Source: Octopus sinensis (Eukaryota). Taken from it: a DNA stretch of 64,000 bases. The DNA is taken from assembly GCF_006345805.1 (NCBI RefSeq), contig NC_043013.1, positions 38,378,001 through 38,442,000 on the forward strand. The letters run 5' to 3'. The translations under genes were made by a program, and so were the position numbers. This document shows positions 13,300 through 27,010 of the stretch, in pieces (position 1 is the first letter of the stretch; every line of letters begins with the position of its first letter). A model generated the notes under the pieces. It saw only the letters and a list, made by a program, of their open reading frames with translations, searched no databases and was not told the origin of the DNA.

Positions 13300-13531
13300 G
13301 CACCTGTCTATTATAAGGAAATGTTTAATATAGGGAAAAGTAAGGTAAAATGTTTTTCGAAGTCAACATATAGAGAACAGGTAAAATGGGAATGTAAGAC
13401 CGAACTTGAACATGTTGTTAGCGCGTATCTACATATGGGTGTACGTGTGTCTACATGTGTGTGTGTGTTTGTGCACTAGGAGTCATATACAATGCTTAGT
13501 TGTACATACATACGTGTATGTGCGTGTGTCT

Positions 13532-13589
<58 letters not shown>

Positions 13590-13638
13590 TGATGCATATG
13601 TATATATGCACATATACATGTTAATACATATATATGGA

Positions 13639-13670
<32 letters not shown>

Positions 13671-13715
13671 GACATATCTGTCATCTAGCTCTCTCTCTCT
13701 ATCTATCTCTTTCTC

Positions 13716-13790
<75 letters not shown>

Positions 13791-14136
13791 TACAGAAATA
13801 CACACACACACGCGCACACACTTTTACTTAAAAAAAAGGTGAATATTATGCACTCAATGACTTCTGAATGTAAACACGTCCCGATTAAAAAATATCTAAA
13901 CAAAAAGAAAATACAGAGAAAGCATTGCACTGAGGCAAAATTAATAATAATAATAAAAAAGGAGAAAATCACAGAAATCTTATTTGAAGGTCGGTAGAAA
14001 ATTAAGAACAAAATATAGACTTTCAAGTTGAAAAATCAATTATTTCGGTAAAATATATTTTTCTACAATGTAAATTATATTTGATATACTTACTTGCCCC
14101 CCCCCATACACACACACGTGCGCGCACACACATACA

Positions 14137-14178
<42 letters not shown>

Positions 14179-14615
14179 CATATGTATGTATATATAATAT
14201 ATATATATATATGTGTGTGTGTAAATGTATGTATATATATATAATATTTATATATATATATATTTTTATTTTCATATTAAATAAAATATATAGATGTTTT
14301 TTAGCAGCTTAACATGGTAGCGAAGATTTATACAAGCTTATGGTTCTGGTATTATAGGATATGAACACCTTAAAAACATATATAAATGCAAGATAGCGTA
14401 AATAAATACATATGAAAAAGTTTAAAAAAAGTAGAAGTAAAAAACAGAATAGTATAATTTCATGGAACCTCATTCGAATTACTTAACACTTTCGAACTGG
14501 CGTTCATATATGTAGACTCACTGTATTCATGTTTGTTTGAGCAACTGTACTCCTCTATAGCTAATAATTTATATGGCAGTTGTTTGCATTAGAAATGATG
14601 TCCTTGTTCTTGGCT

Positions 14616-14709
<94 letters not shown>

Positions 14710-14841
14710 ATGTATGTATGTATGTATATAAGTATATATATATGTGTGTATATAAAGATTATTTTTGTTTACAATGAAAATGTTGACAGTGACTCCAAAG
14801 TTTTTCGCTCGCGTGTCTGCATAGATAAGTTTAACCATGAA

Positions 14842-14876
<35 letters not shown>

Positions 14877-15023
14877 ATAGATATGTAGTTCTCTCTTTCT
14901 CGATGTAAATATATAATGTAAATATACACATATATATGTAATATATATATATTATATAATATATATATAATATATATATATATAATATATAATATATATA
15001 TAATATATATATATAAGTCTGTG

Positions 15024-15613
15024 TGCACGTCTGTCCGTGCAACGTAAGCAGCCTAATCCAAGAAACAAGGAAACCCTAACAACGTTTAACCTTTGAGAAT
15101 TAAACCTATATTAAAGGACTACTCACAGCCTAGAGAACACAAGATATAGGAGGTTAACAGAGAAATATCACATCAACCGTATACAAATGTCTTCAGCTAC
15201 CTAATGCATATCATACTTACGTAAGTTCTACATGTCATTTATGTTAGAGTTACAGTTAAATTGTTTACAGGTGTCTTGTGTTATCCACACAGATATGGTG
15301 ATATTCAAAACACACGTGATAGAAATTGGTCCCAGTGACTAATTATATTGATATACATTTTGCTGTCCTGTGTGGCAGTTGCTAACCACAGAGCGTCCTG
15401 TGTGTTTCACTCTCCTTCGGTAAGACATATCAGCCAAATGCGTCCGAAATCGTGTAATGTTTCGTATAATAATTTTGTTGTATTAACGAATAATGAGTGA
15501 ATTATTATAGCTGCTAAAATGCTTTCGACCATAATTTTCCTCGATCTGGGACAACCAAATCTTAACCGTCACGCTCACAGTAGCAGCAACAATAACAGCT
15601 ACATAAATATGTT

Positions 15614-15644
<31 letters not shown>

Positions 15645-15725
15645 GTCTGTCCGTACAACATAAACACCCTAATCCAAGAAACAAGGGAACCCGAAAAGTG
15701 TTTAACCTTTTGAGACTCAAACCTA
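15024..15725 (+). repeat. Dispersed pair of about 85-bp direct repeats (15024-15108 and 15640-15725)
   Basis: TGCACGTCTGTCCGT..CCTAATCCAAGAAACAAGG..TTTAACCTTT in both copies, each following a TA tract. Confidence 0.85.
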
Positions 15726-16709
15726 CATGACAAAAGCATTAAAAAATGCATCTGGCGATCTCGCTAGCCACCATTAGGAGCAGCTTTATGGTTTATGGTT
15801 GGGGATAATTCGATTTTATCGGTCCTAGTACTTGATCGGCATTTTATTTTGTCACCATGTAAGGATCGACAGCAAAGCTGGTATTTGAACGTAGAACGTA
15901 ACAAGGCGAAGAAGCACCTCTTGGCATTTTGTCTGATGTGTTATCGAGCCTGCCACCTCGTTTTGTCGAAGCCAATAGCAAATACATATAGAAAATATTG
16001 CACAGTACTTGAAGAATACCCTTGGTATATGTAAAGAATAGCTAAACCTCAGGGAATACTTACTTGGCAACAAATCATAGAACCTGTGTACCCTTTGTAT
16101 TACTTCCGAAATACTTGGTTTGCTGCAGGTATCTGACACAGCGCAAGAAAAATGAGATTTCCATTATATGTCAAATTTTCTGATGAATTAACTTAGAACT
16201 TGATATCTTTTCTGCTAACAAAACTTAGAATATGTACGCTGACTAAAGTCACACTCAGGGAAGAGCTGGTTCCTTGCTTTTCTTAGATTCATTTTCACCA
16301 TTGCTTTCTATTTCAATTCATTTCTCCCTTGGGTTTTTGCAGTTTTATACTTGTCACCTTCTCTCTTTTTCGTAAACATTCTGATGTCTATCTTCCAACG
16401 AAACAGGATAAAAACAAATATTTCTTCGCAAAAAAATAAAAGGAATATGAAATGGAAAATTAACTGTGTGATTCGAAAGCATTCCTTCCAAACATGTTAT
16501 CTTGGTTCAATACTACTGTATAGAATTTGGCCAAGTATATTCTACAATATACATGAAGAGATGCTGAAATGTCCCTCAATTTAGGTAAAAAAAAAAAGCT
16601 AAAACAGTTTTTCTAAACCCTGTAAAAAATCTCTGAAGGTTGGGCCCCCCCCATCCAGGCGTTTTGCGACATCCTTAAAGCCAGGAATTGTTCTGCCTTC
16701 CCTCTCTTT

Positions 16710-17130
16710 TTCACCTGTTGAGTGGACTAGAGCAACGTACAAATAAGGTGTCTTGCTCAAGAACACAACGGATCGACCGGACCAGGAATTGAAAACACTG
16801 TCTTCCGACGATCAAGACTACTGCATTCTAACCACTAAACTACACGCCTACATACATACACAAACACACAGACACAGACAGACAGAGAGACAGGCAGAAA
16901 CATACACATACACACGTATATAAGTATTTGTCTATGTGTTTGAACCCCACCACTACTGAGGTAACCCGTGTTGTTTTTTTTACGTCCACGTAATTTAGCG
17001 ATTCGGCAAAAGAAACATTAGACTACGTAAGAGGCTTCAGAAAAATAATAGAGTCGATTTATTTAAATAAACTTCGACGTGGTGATCCATTAATCAACAG
17101 TCCAATCAGTGAGACAATTAAAAAATAAAA
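16710..17130. mobile_element. Degraded SINE fragments (tRNA head on minus at 16710-16850; family A 3' half on plus at 16915-17130)
   Basis: GAGTGGACTAGAGCAACG..GTCTTGCTCAAGAACACAAC (reverse complement of the 58144 family) and TTTACGTCCACGTAATTTAGCGATTCGGCAAAAG. Confidence 0.6.
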
Positions 17131-17542
17131 ACGATAGCAGGTGGGCTGTGCTATTCATGGGAGAGTGATACAGAATGCGATGTCCTTGAAAAGTGGTTAA
17201 CTGGCTGTGAAGCCGACCTCCAGGAAACATGTCCACGCTAATTTTTAGCGTATCAACAGCATAGGATGAACGTGTTTGGTTTTTAGATCACTCAAATCCG
17301 TGAACAGACAGAATTGTGAGCGTGTGGGACAAAATATACACTATTTTTTATTTCTACCTTCCCTTGTAATTTCAAATGTTACAGAGCTCGGCTTTCTAAT
17401 TCTGTCGCGCTTGATAAAATAAGTGACTATCGGGCACTTGGGTGAACGTAATTGACTATTCCCTCCATCAGAATTGCTGATCATGTGCTAAAAAACATTC
17501 TTACATCACTCGCATTATGGCTTTGTAAAATTTTAAGCTTGT

Positions 17543-18180
17543 AAGGCGGCGAGCTGGCAGAAACGTTAGCACGCCGGGCGAAATGCTTAGCAGTATTTCC
17601 TCTGCCGTTACGTTCTGAGTTCAAATTCCGCCGAGGTCGACTTTGCCTTTTATCCTTTCGGGGTTGATAAATTAAGTGCCAGTTACGCACTGGGGTCGAT
17701 ATAATCGACTTAATCCGTTTGTCTGTCCGTGTTTGCCCTCTCTGTGTGTAGCCCCTTGTCGGTAGTAAAGAAATAGGTATTTCGTCTGTCGTTACGTTCT
17801 GAATTCAAACTCCACCGAGGTCGACTTTGTCTTTCATTCTTTCGGGGTCGATAAATTAAGTACCAGTTGCGTACTGGAGTCGATCTAATCGACCGGCCTA
17901 CTCCCCCGAAATGTCGGGCCTTGTGCCTTGTGACTAGAATAGAAAAGAATGTTTTAAGTTTGTTTAAGGCGGTGATTTGGCGGAAACGTTAAATCGCTGG
18001 GCAAAATGTTTAGCGGCATTTTGTCCGTCTTCACGTTCTGAGTTCAAACTCTGCAGAGGTTAACTTTGCCTTCCATCCCCTCGAGGTCAATAAAATAAGT
18101 ACCAGCTGAGCACTGAAGCTGATGTAAAAGACTTTCTCCTCCCCCAAAATTTCTGGCCTTGTGACAAAATTTGAAACCAA
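17543..18180 (+). mobile_element. Three tandem family B SINE units (dimer 17543-17951 plus an older copy 17966-18180)
   Basis: The core GTCGACTTTGCCTTTCATCCTTTCGGGGTCGATAAA recurs three times; the dimer is flanked by TTTTAAGCTTGT / TTTTAAGTTTGT. Confidence 0.9.
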
Positions 18181-18742
18181 TATATAAAACTTGTTTCAAT
18201 TCTTCTTGAATACGATGTGTTGGCCACAAAATCGACAAACACGCACATACACGACTCCTCATATGCACATACATACATACATACATACATACATACATAC
18301 ATACATACATACATACTTACATACATACATACATACACACAAACGCATATATGAGAGAGTAAGAAGGAAGGAATTGATCAATGGATACATAGAGCTGCCC
18401 ACATTGAAACATACGTAATGTTTTCGGATCTATTTCAATACTTTCTTTTAAATAGATTCCAGCCTGTTCCCGTAGGCGGCCTTGCATGGTAACACCATTT
18501 TTCTCCAATTATTACATCCAGCTTTTCTTCGGAAATCCCCCCCCCCCGTTTCTCTTTGTCTCTCTTTCTCTCTCTGTGAATCCATGCAGTCGTTTGTTCT
18601 TCTGACATATGATTCTTTACGATTGCTTCCAGATGTTTCACCGAAAGGGCTTTGCTCAATTCTAAACTTGAAACTATTTAATTTAACAGCGAACCAACTT
18701 ATACGTCTTTACCACACCCATAGATACAATCATACAGCCATC

Positions 18743-18748
18743 AACTCC

Positions 18749-18779
<31 letters not shown>

Positions 18780-18782
18780 TCG

Positions 18783-18813
<31 letters not shown>

Positions 18814-18914
18814 TATCATCATCATCATCATCATCATCATCATCGTCGTCGTCGTCATCATCATCGTCATCATCATCATCATCATCAACATCATCATCAT
18901 CGTCATCATCATCG

Positions 18915-18958
<44 letters not shown>

Positions 18959-19060
18959 GTCTTCTTCGTCGTCGTAGTTGTTGTTGTCGACATCGTCGCC
19001 ATCGTTTCCGTCATCATCATCATCACCCAAGTAGTCGTGGTGGCCATTGTTGTCGCTGAC
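18743..19060 (+). repeat. (ATC/GTC)n trinucleotide microsatellite
   Basis: Direct repeat; source of the poly-I/D/M pseudo-ORFs. Confidence 0.95.
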
Positions 19061-19264
19061 GTAATTCTATTCCTCTTTCATTATTTACTGTCTTTTATCC
19101 TTCCAGGCTCGATCGAATCAGAACCACTCGAGTATTGGGATCGGTTTAATGGATTACGCTATTCCCCAAAATTTCTGATTTTGTACTTTTAGTTGTAAGG
19201 ATTATAATAAAAAATAGTAATAATAATAATAATGATTATTATTATTATCATTATTATTATTATC

Positions 19265-19350
19265 TTCTTCTTTCAAATTTGCTTCCATTTCTTGCCGAGT
19301 GTCTTCCCGACTCCTAGGGTAAAGAAACTCATAGTATATATTGGTAGGCC
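19265..19350 (-). mobile_element. Probable 3' end of a (TAA)n-tailed retroelement
   Basis: Minus strand CCCTAGGAGTCGGGAAGACACTCGGCAAG.. runs directly into (TAA)n. Confidence 0.45.
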
Positions 19351-19406
19351 ATTAAACTAAATTCAATAGTTCGTTCATTTTTTTTTTTAAGTTAAAAAAA
19401 CTATTA

Positions 19407-19497
19407 CTACATGGGTAGTAATACTTCTTCATGGGTAGTAATAGTTCTCCATGGGTAGAAATAGTTCTACATGGTTAGTAATAGTTCTACATGGGTA
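19407..19497 (+). repeat. 20-bp minisatellite, about 4.5 copies
   Basis: Unit CTACATGGGTAGTAATAGTT. Confidence 0.9.
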
Positions 19498-19546
<49 letters not shown>

Positions 19547-20039
19547 GAGTGAGCGAGCAGAGCATGCCATCAAAGTGACACTGGGGTAAAATATACGAAG
19601 CCCAGTATACCCATCATGACTACCCGTCTGATAAGGGTACACCAGGCACATGCATCACAACCAATATGTGCGCGACATGGTGATCTCATATCAAGATAAA
19701 CAGCACATGACCTTGCAAGTGGAGCCCAGTTAGAATTTTCTTCAGATCGAGTAACCCATCCTGCTCAAAAGGTCCCTGAATAAGGGTTGTTTAAGGACGT
19801 TGAACGAAACACCCATGTTTCCAGAGGTGAATTATTCAAACCCCAAATAATCCTTCTCAACACATGGCTATGATGCTCCCCCACAACTTCTGCTCGTGAT
19901 CAGAGATGCACATATCGTCAGCCACTAAGGGACATGCTCAACTGGTTAAGGTCAAACAACTGACAAGCAAATCTGTGGTATTGAGCAGAATATTGCTGTA
20001 GCCCATCTTTTATACCAAGACAAAACAATGTACATGATA
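19547..20039 (-). mobile_element. Non-coding (TAA)n-tailed retro-repeat, copy 1
   Basis: Homologous along its length to 20163-20670; both ends embedded in (TTA)n. Orientation inferred from the shared fixed end and truncation of the other. Confidence 0.8.
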
Positions 20040-20072
20040 TTATTATTATTATATTTTATTATTATTATTATA

Positions 20073-20143
<71 letters not shown>

Positions 20144-20162
20144 TATTATTATTATTATTATT

Positions 20163-20732
20163 GAGTGAGAAAGCAGAGCATGCAATGAAAGCGACGCTAG
20201 GGTAAAATATACTGGAGTAAAATATACGAATCTCGGTATACACATCATGACTAACCGTCTGATAAAGGTACACTAGGCACATGCATCACAAACATATGTG
20301 CGTGACATGATGATCTCATATCAAGTTAAACTGCACATGACCTTGCAGGTGGGGCCCAGTTACAATTTTCTTTTGGTCGAGTAACCCATCCCGCTCAAAA
20401 GGTCCTTGAATAAGGATTATTTAAGGATGTTGAACGAAACACCTTATGTTTCCACAAGTGATTTATTCAATCGCCAAAGAATCCCTTTCAACACATGGCT
20501 ATGATGGTCCCCCACTACTTCTGCTCGTGATCAGAGATGCCCATGCCGTCAGCCACTAAGGGACATAGTCAATTGGTTAAGGTCAAACAACTGACAAGCG
20601 AATCTGTAGTACTGAGCAGAACATTTGCTGTAGTCCATCGTTTAAACCAAGACAAAACAATGTACATGATAACACTTCCAATCAGTTAAGATCAGAAGCC
20701 ACGAGAGCCACTGCCTGGTACTGCAGCAGGGC

Positions 20733-20735
<3 letters not shown>
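20163..20735 (-). mobile_element. Non-coding (TAA)n-tailed retro-repeat, copy 2 (longer)
   Basis: Diverged tandem homolog of 19547-20039, extending about 65 bp further. Confidence 0.8.
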
Positions 20736-20798
<63 letters not shown>

Positions 20799-20812
20799 GA
20801 TTATTATTATTA

Positions 20813-20882
<70 letters not shown>

Positions 20883-20931
20883 TTCATTATCATTATTATT
20901 GTTGTTGTTATTATTATTATTATTATTATTA

Positions 20932-20974
<43 letters not shown>

Positions 20975-22075
20975 GTTACACCCGACTCAGGTAAGTTTGC
21001 CCTTATTCTTGGTAGAATTTATGAGGCTAGTGGGTTACTACCTGTAAACTTAAATGACTAAAAGCCTTCAATAATCTTTCAAGTGCACAAAATCCTTTTG
21101 ATAATCTTTCCTGTACCTAAGAACCAAACTTTTTTTTAGAAGCTGTACAGGACATTCAATTCGAAACGCCTTCGGCCATTTCATCTATATCCTTACTTAC
21201 TGTTCCTAACACACCAATGATTACCGGCGCAGATCTCATATTCCAGATTCTCGCAATTTGAAGCTTTAATGGATAGTATTAAAAAAACTATAGGCGTAGG
21301 AGTGGCTGTGAGGTAACAAGCTTGCTTACCAACCACATGGTCCCGGGTTCAGTCCCACTACGTGGCATCTTGGGCAAGTGTCTTCTACTATAGTATCGGG
21401 CCGACCAAAGCCATGTAAGTAGATTTGGTAGAGGGAAACTTAAAGCAGCTCGTCGTATATATGTCTATATATATATATATGTGTGTGTGTGTGTATGTGT
21501 GTGTGTGTGTGTGTATGTGTGTGTGTGTGTTTTTGTGTATCTGTGTTTTTCCCCTCAACATCGCTTTACAACCGATGCCGGTGTGTTTACGTCCTCGTAA
21601 CCTAGCGGTTCGGCAAAAGAGACCGATATAATAAGTACTAGGCTTACAAAAGAAAAAGTCCTGGGATAGATTTGCTCGACTAAAGGCGGTGCTCCAGCAT
21701 GGCCACAGTCACGTGACTGAAACAAGTAAAGAGTAATTTCCCAGTTTTTTTTTCTTTTCAGTCATGAAATGAGACGGACATGATGACTGAATTAGTATAC
21801 AACTTCGTTTCTCTTTGTCTATTAGTGTTACGACTGGTTTATGATTTTCTAGCGTCATATACCTTTGAATAGGAAAACCCCCATAAAAACCTTGTATTTA
21901 TGCGACTCCAGCTCTCTTTCAACTTGATGATCACACCAAGTACTTCCATCTACTAATCCTCATTTCTGACAACCCCCCCCCCCCACTGCAAAACTTTCGC
22001 AAAAATTGGTCATATCTTCATTTATTATATTCTGTCTGAGTCAATTTGGGAAATTCTCTATAAATACGTTCGTTC
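20975..22075 (-). pseudogene. R4/Dong-like LINE C-terminal restriction-like endonuclease remnant, interrupted by a SINE
   Basis: Minus-strand translation PKLTQTEY..RYDQ..CQK*GL..W.DHQVE..YKV..PIQ..HKP..IDKEKRSCILI..CP..KYYPLKLQIARIWNM..PVIIGVLGTV..GTGKII matches RHD / PD..D..KY / PVIIGALG motifs; ends in (TAA)n. Confidence 0.85.
21292..21735 (+). mobile_element. SINE family A, full length
   Basis: Complete head AGGCGTAGGAGTGGCTGTG to tail CAGTCACGTGACTGAAACAAGTAAA; splits the R4-like relic. Confidence 0.92.
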
Positions 22076-22140
22076 TATTGCTCAATCCCAAACTCCTCCT
22101 ACTTTAAATATTGTTGATTCCTTCACACACCCCACACACA

Positions 22141-22198
<58 letters not shown>

Positions 22199-22235
22199 AC
22201 TACTACTACTGCTACTACTACTACTACTGCTGTTG

Positions 22236-22270
<35 letters not shown>

Positions 22271-22323
22271 GCTGCTGCTGCTACTACTACCACTACTACT
22301 ACTACCACTAGTACTACTACTAC

Positions 22324-22359
<36 letters not shown>

Positions 22360-22453
22360 GAATACTACGAATACTACGAATACTACTGCTGCTGCTGCTA
22401 CTACTACGACTACTACTGCTGCTGTTGCTGCTACTACTACCACTACCACTACC

Positions 22454-22517
<64 letters not shown>

Positions 22518-22518
22518 T
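22141..22518 (+). repeat. (CTA/CTG)n compound trinucleotide microsatellite
   Basis: Direct repeat. Confidence 0.95.
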
Positions 22519-23067
22519 CATGAGACCAAATTCGGCTGCCGTCAGCTTTTCCTTTCAATTTTTTAGGATTCGATAATTAAGTACCAGTTAAGCACTGGAG
22601 TCGAAGTCGTTGTGTGTCCTCCTTCACCAATATGTCAGGCCCTGTGCTTCGGTTTTTTTTTATCATATTATCATTACTGGGAACCTAGCATGAGATTTTG
22701 TTGAAACTTTAAACGTCCTTTAAATGGCAGACCTTAGGAACGTATCGTTCAAATAACGGGATATAGTATACGTATGTTTTTTATCTAAGTGTCCTCCTAT
22801 TCAATTCCCCCACCTTACACTACTCTTACACGAGAAAGAAAAAAAAAATTCCACGAAAACATTAACAACAACAACAACAACATCAAAACAAATACAACAC
22901 CCCCGTAATAATCATCCACCGCTGCTGTCATCGTTATTTCACTTAACAAGGACTCCGCTATACGTATGTTAAGAGACAAACAAACCTTCGTTGGGTGTGG
23001 CACTTTTATTAATATTGTCAATATTATAAATTCGGTTATTGTTATCGTTGTTGTTTTTGCTGTTGTC

Positions 23068-23190
<123 letters not shown>

Positions 23191-23351
23191 GTGAATGTCA
23201 TTATACGTTTTAACCCGACAGTTTCTTTTTTTCTTTCTTTTGATGTTCTCATCTAAAAATGAGAAGACATTTTGCCAGACGTGAATTCCCTCTCCTCACA
23301 GTAATTTTGCATTCACTGCCACATACTGACCTTCCTGCATATTCTTTCCCG

Positions 23352-23412
<61 letters not shown>

Positions 23413-24596
23413 TATTATTATTATTATTACTATTATTATTATTATTGCTATTATATATGCCATTGTTATTATTTTTATATATTCTATCATATTATTATTA
23501 TTATAATTATTATTGTTATTATTATTATTATTGTTGTTATTATTATTATTACTATTTTTGCGATATACATTCGTGTTATTGTTCTGTTTTATTATTGTTC
23601 AAAATGTTTATTGATCTTTTTTTCTTCTATTTCTTATGTTTGTTATAGTGGTTTTATGGTTTTTTTTTCTTTTATGCTGTACTTTTTCCCAGTTATCACT
23701 CATTGGGAAGAAAAGATTACAAAAGAAAGAACACATACAAAAAAACAACAACCCCAGAAAACAAGCAGAAAACAAACAAATCCAACATTGTAGTCTTTAT
23801 GGCTGTGAGTTTCCTGATCAAAGAACGAGCAGCAAAATAATATTGATTATAAAATAATAAAGACAAAAACCAACAAAGAACAACAGCAAAAAAAATCAGC
23901 TACCACGTTTAGAAAATGACTGAACTATGAACTCCATAATTTACTGATCGTTAAGAATGGAAAGAAAGGCCCGAAACAATTATAGAATAAATATAATGAA
24001 AAAATGGCATTACGTGGATTTTATATTTATTTTGTTATTGAAAATATTCTTTGTTCTTGTATTTTTATTTACGTATTTTAAAAATTTCTCTCTTTGTTCA
24101 TTAATTTATTTTCAACATCACACTTCAACGTTATTAACTCGCGTGAACGGGAATGGGAAAGAAAGCTTGTGTATGGTTGTTAAATTTGCTAGAAGTACCA
24201 GCCAAATCCTTCTTATGGCATACTCTCAATTTATAATGAATAAAGAAGAATCTAGAATATAAGGACGAAATGCTTATGATGACCATTCTTCGGCTTGATT
24301 TGGTCTCATATAAGATCAACAGCATTAATCATTTCCAGTAGTTCGACTGGTTGTATATTTTTCTCGGATTTGCTTTACAAATTGACAAAAGTGGCTGATT
24401 AAGAAGTTGGGTGTTTCGTGATTTTTTACGCAGTATCTGCCTTTATTCAATCAGACTGAGGTACCCCCACATGATCAAGTATGTTGAAGCATATAACTGA
24501 TACTAAAGACAGATGGAGCAGCTACCATTTTTCCAGCAAAATATACTAAATATAAAAGAAACAGGCGATACTGAAGTTTAGTAACAAAGTAGCGTA

Positions 24597-24807
24597 TATT
24601 CTTTCACTTTTCAGTCACTTGACTGTGGCCATGCTGGAGCACCAACTTTAGCCGAGCAAGCGACCCCAGGACTTATTCTTTGGAAGCCTAGTACTTATTC
24701 TATCGGTCTCTTTTGCCGAACCGCTAAGTTACGGTGACGTAATCACATCAGCATCGGTTGTCAAGCGATGTTAATGGGAAAAACACAGACACACAAACAT
24801 ATACTCA

Positions 24808-24841
<34 letters not shown>

Positions 24842-25005
24842 TACGGTGGGCTTCTTTCAATTTCCGTCCACCAAATTCACTCACAAGGCTTTGGTCGACC
24901 CGAGGCTATAGTAGAAGACACTTGCCCAAGGTGCCACACAGTGGGACTGAACCCGGAACCATGTGGTTGGTAAACAAGCTACTTACCACACAGCCACTTT
25001 TACGA
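24597..25005 (-). mobile_element. SINE family A, near full length
   Basis: Reverse complement of 21292-21735. Confidence 0.92.
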
Positions 25006-26276
25006 CTTTTCTCTCGTCTTGATTGTTACGTCTTATATTTAGATTATGCACACACACACAGGCATATATATTTAAAGCATTCGCTCCTTATACCGCTGGA
25101 AGCGTAAGAGCTACTAGCCACATAGAATACATTATCAAATGTTTCCTTTAAAGCAAGGTATGGTTTGAGGAAGGTATGAGTGCTATTTGTTATACTTCTT
25201 AAATGACCCCATGGAAACTTCCCTCAAAAAGCGTTCGAGATGTTGTTGATGTGGTGGTAGCGAAGGTGACAGATGCGATCGTTGTCATTGACTCCTAGGT
25301 TAGCTCTGACAAAAATCAATGATAAAAGGCATTTTAACCGTGGCCATCCAACGTGTTGTTCGTTGCTTTTTATTCGTTAGATTGTGATTCGAGAGAAATT
25401 TGACTGCTGTTTCTAGCAGATTGAGGTGACGTAAATAGTGTAATGTGATCAACATGATACTACTGAATGTGTTATTGCTTTGTAATCAAGTATGCTATTG
25501 TCCTGAGTTCTAATCCTAATACAGCTGATTTTTATCTTTTGCTCTCACAGTATGATGTGCCTTATGTATCCAGAACCGGATCAGGTGCTCAATGAAGAAC
25601 GTCATTATTGTAAAATGGAGTCTCATCCTTGTCTTTAGTATTGTTAATAATAGTAACCAAATCTTGCCTTAAACCTTTGGCAAAAAACCCCAAAACAAAT
25701 GAAGTTAGAGCATGCATTAGATAATATAGTCTTCGATAAGTTATATCTGAAAATAGGTGGTATAGTCGTGACTAAAATGCTTTGGTCATAAATCCAACAA
25801 GTCAAGGCTGAATTGGTGCTAAACGACAACAAGATATGTGGGAACAGTATTCAAGTCACAGTCACATGAAAATCGGAGCTGAGTGTAAATCAATAACAAT
25901 ATAACACATTTAGCTTCACTTTTAATTTTGTTCTATTTACATTAATTTTACATTAAAATTATGACGTAACCAGTTATATTGCATTTGGAAGAAATAGAGA
26001 TATAAACTCTTTTGTTTACAATAAGGACAACAACAGAAGCAATTATTTATGCAAAAGAACTTTCGTAGGGTCTATTGTTTTTGTTAGAGGACGTGTTGTT
26101 TAGTTCTGCGTCAACCTCGATCCGGTAGGCCTATGATAAGCTGTATTTCGGCAGTGATCAGGTAAAATTTATTCCCATACATATATAGCATGACACTGAG
26201 TGCAACATAATGAAACAGGGGTTACAAATTCTTCTCCTTCTCTCTCTCTTTCCATACACACACACACACCTACACA

Positions 26277-26310
<34 letters not shown>

Positions 26311-26348
26311 AAAAATGAGATGTGGAACATGAGTTGTGATATATAAAA

Positions 26349-26772
26349 AAAGGAAATGAAGAAAATGCTGAGAAGATAATTTAAGTAAAGGAGAGTGTAT
26401 TTAATTAGGTGAAAGTTCTTTTTACCGGTTCCGCATTTGTTATGCTTATCAAAAGATATTTTGAGTGAGATAGAGTTCCTTTCTGATAGATTTTTTTCTC
26501 TTTGAGAGAAAAAAATCTATCAGAAAGGAACTCTATCTCACTCAAAATAACTTTTGATAAGCATAACAAAGATATTTTGAGTGAGATAGAGATCCTTTCT
26601 GATAGATTTTTTCTCTTTGAGAGAAAAAAATCTATCAGAAAGGAACTCTATCTCACTCAAAATAACTTTTGATAAGCATAACAAATGCGCAACCGGTAAA
26701 AAGAACTTTCACCTAATTAACTACACTCTCCCTTACTTAAATTATTTTATCAGCATTTTCTTCATTTCCTTT
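26349..26772. mobile_element. Near-perfect palindrome with a duplicated apex, carrying variant hammerhead motifs
   Basis: Outer arms are reverse complements; two 3-nt TTG loops at about 26503 and 26618; each arm has TTGATAA-GCAT-AACAA-ATGC-GNAA-CCGG-TA. Confidence 0.85.
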
Positions 26773-26784
26773 ATATATATATAT

Positions 26785-27010
26785 ATCGAATACAAGAATG
26801 AAACAAGAACGCAAAACATCCACACAGTTAGGTGAAACAAAAAGAGGAAAACAAAATATCTAAACAGACGATACAAGTAAAAGCAAGGGCGGATCATTCG
26901 GAGTTTTCTATCCTCAGTCGAGTTCCAGATTATCTTTGCAATTTCGGCTGGTTATACTCGAGATTGCTCCAATCCGGCTAGCCCCAAGGAAAAATAAGTT
27001 AAGAGTATTA
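26785..27010 (-). mobile_element. Probable Penelope-like repeat fragment
   Basis: Minus strand GCCGAAATTGC...CTGAGGA..CCGAA followed by a T-rich run into a TA tract, similar in layout to 62716-63101. Confidence 0.4.

Noticed and set aside
18482-19192. 236-aa poly-Ile ORF and antisense poly-Asp/poly-Met ORFs
   Set aside because: (ATC)n microsatellite open in several frames, with no domain or splice support.
19407-19497. CRISPR-like regular repeat
   Set aside because: Contiguous 20-bp units with no spacers in a eukaryotic context; a minisatellite.
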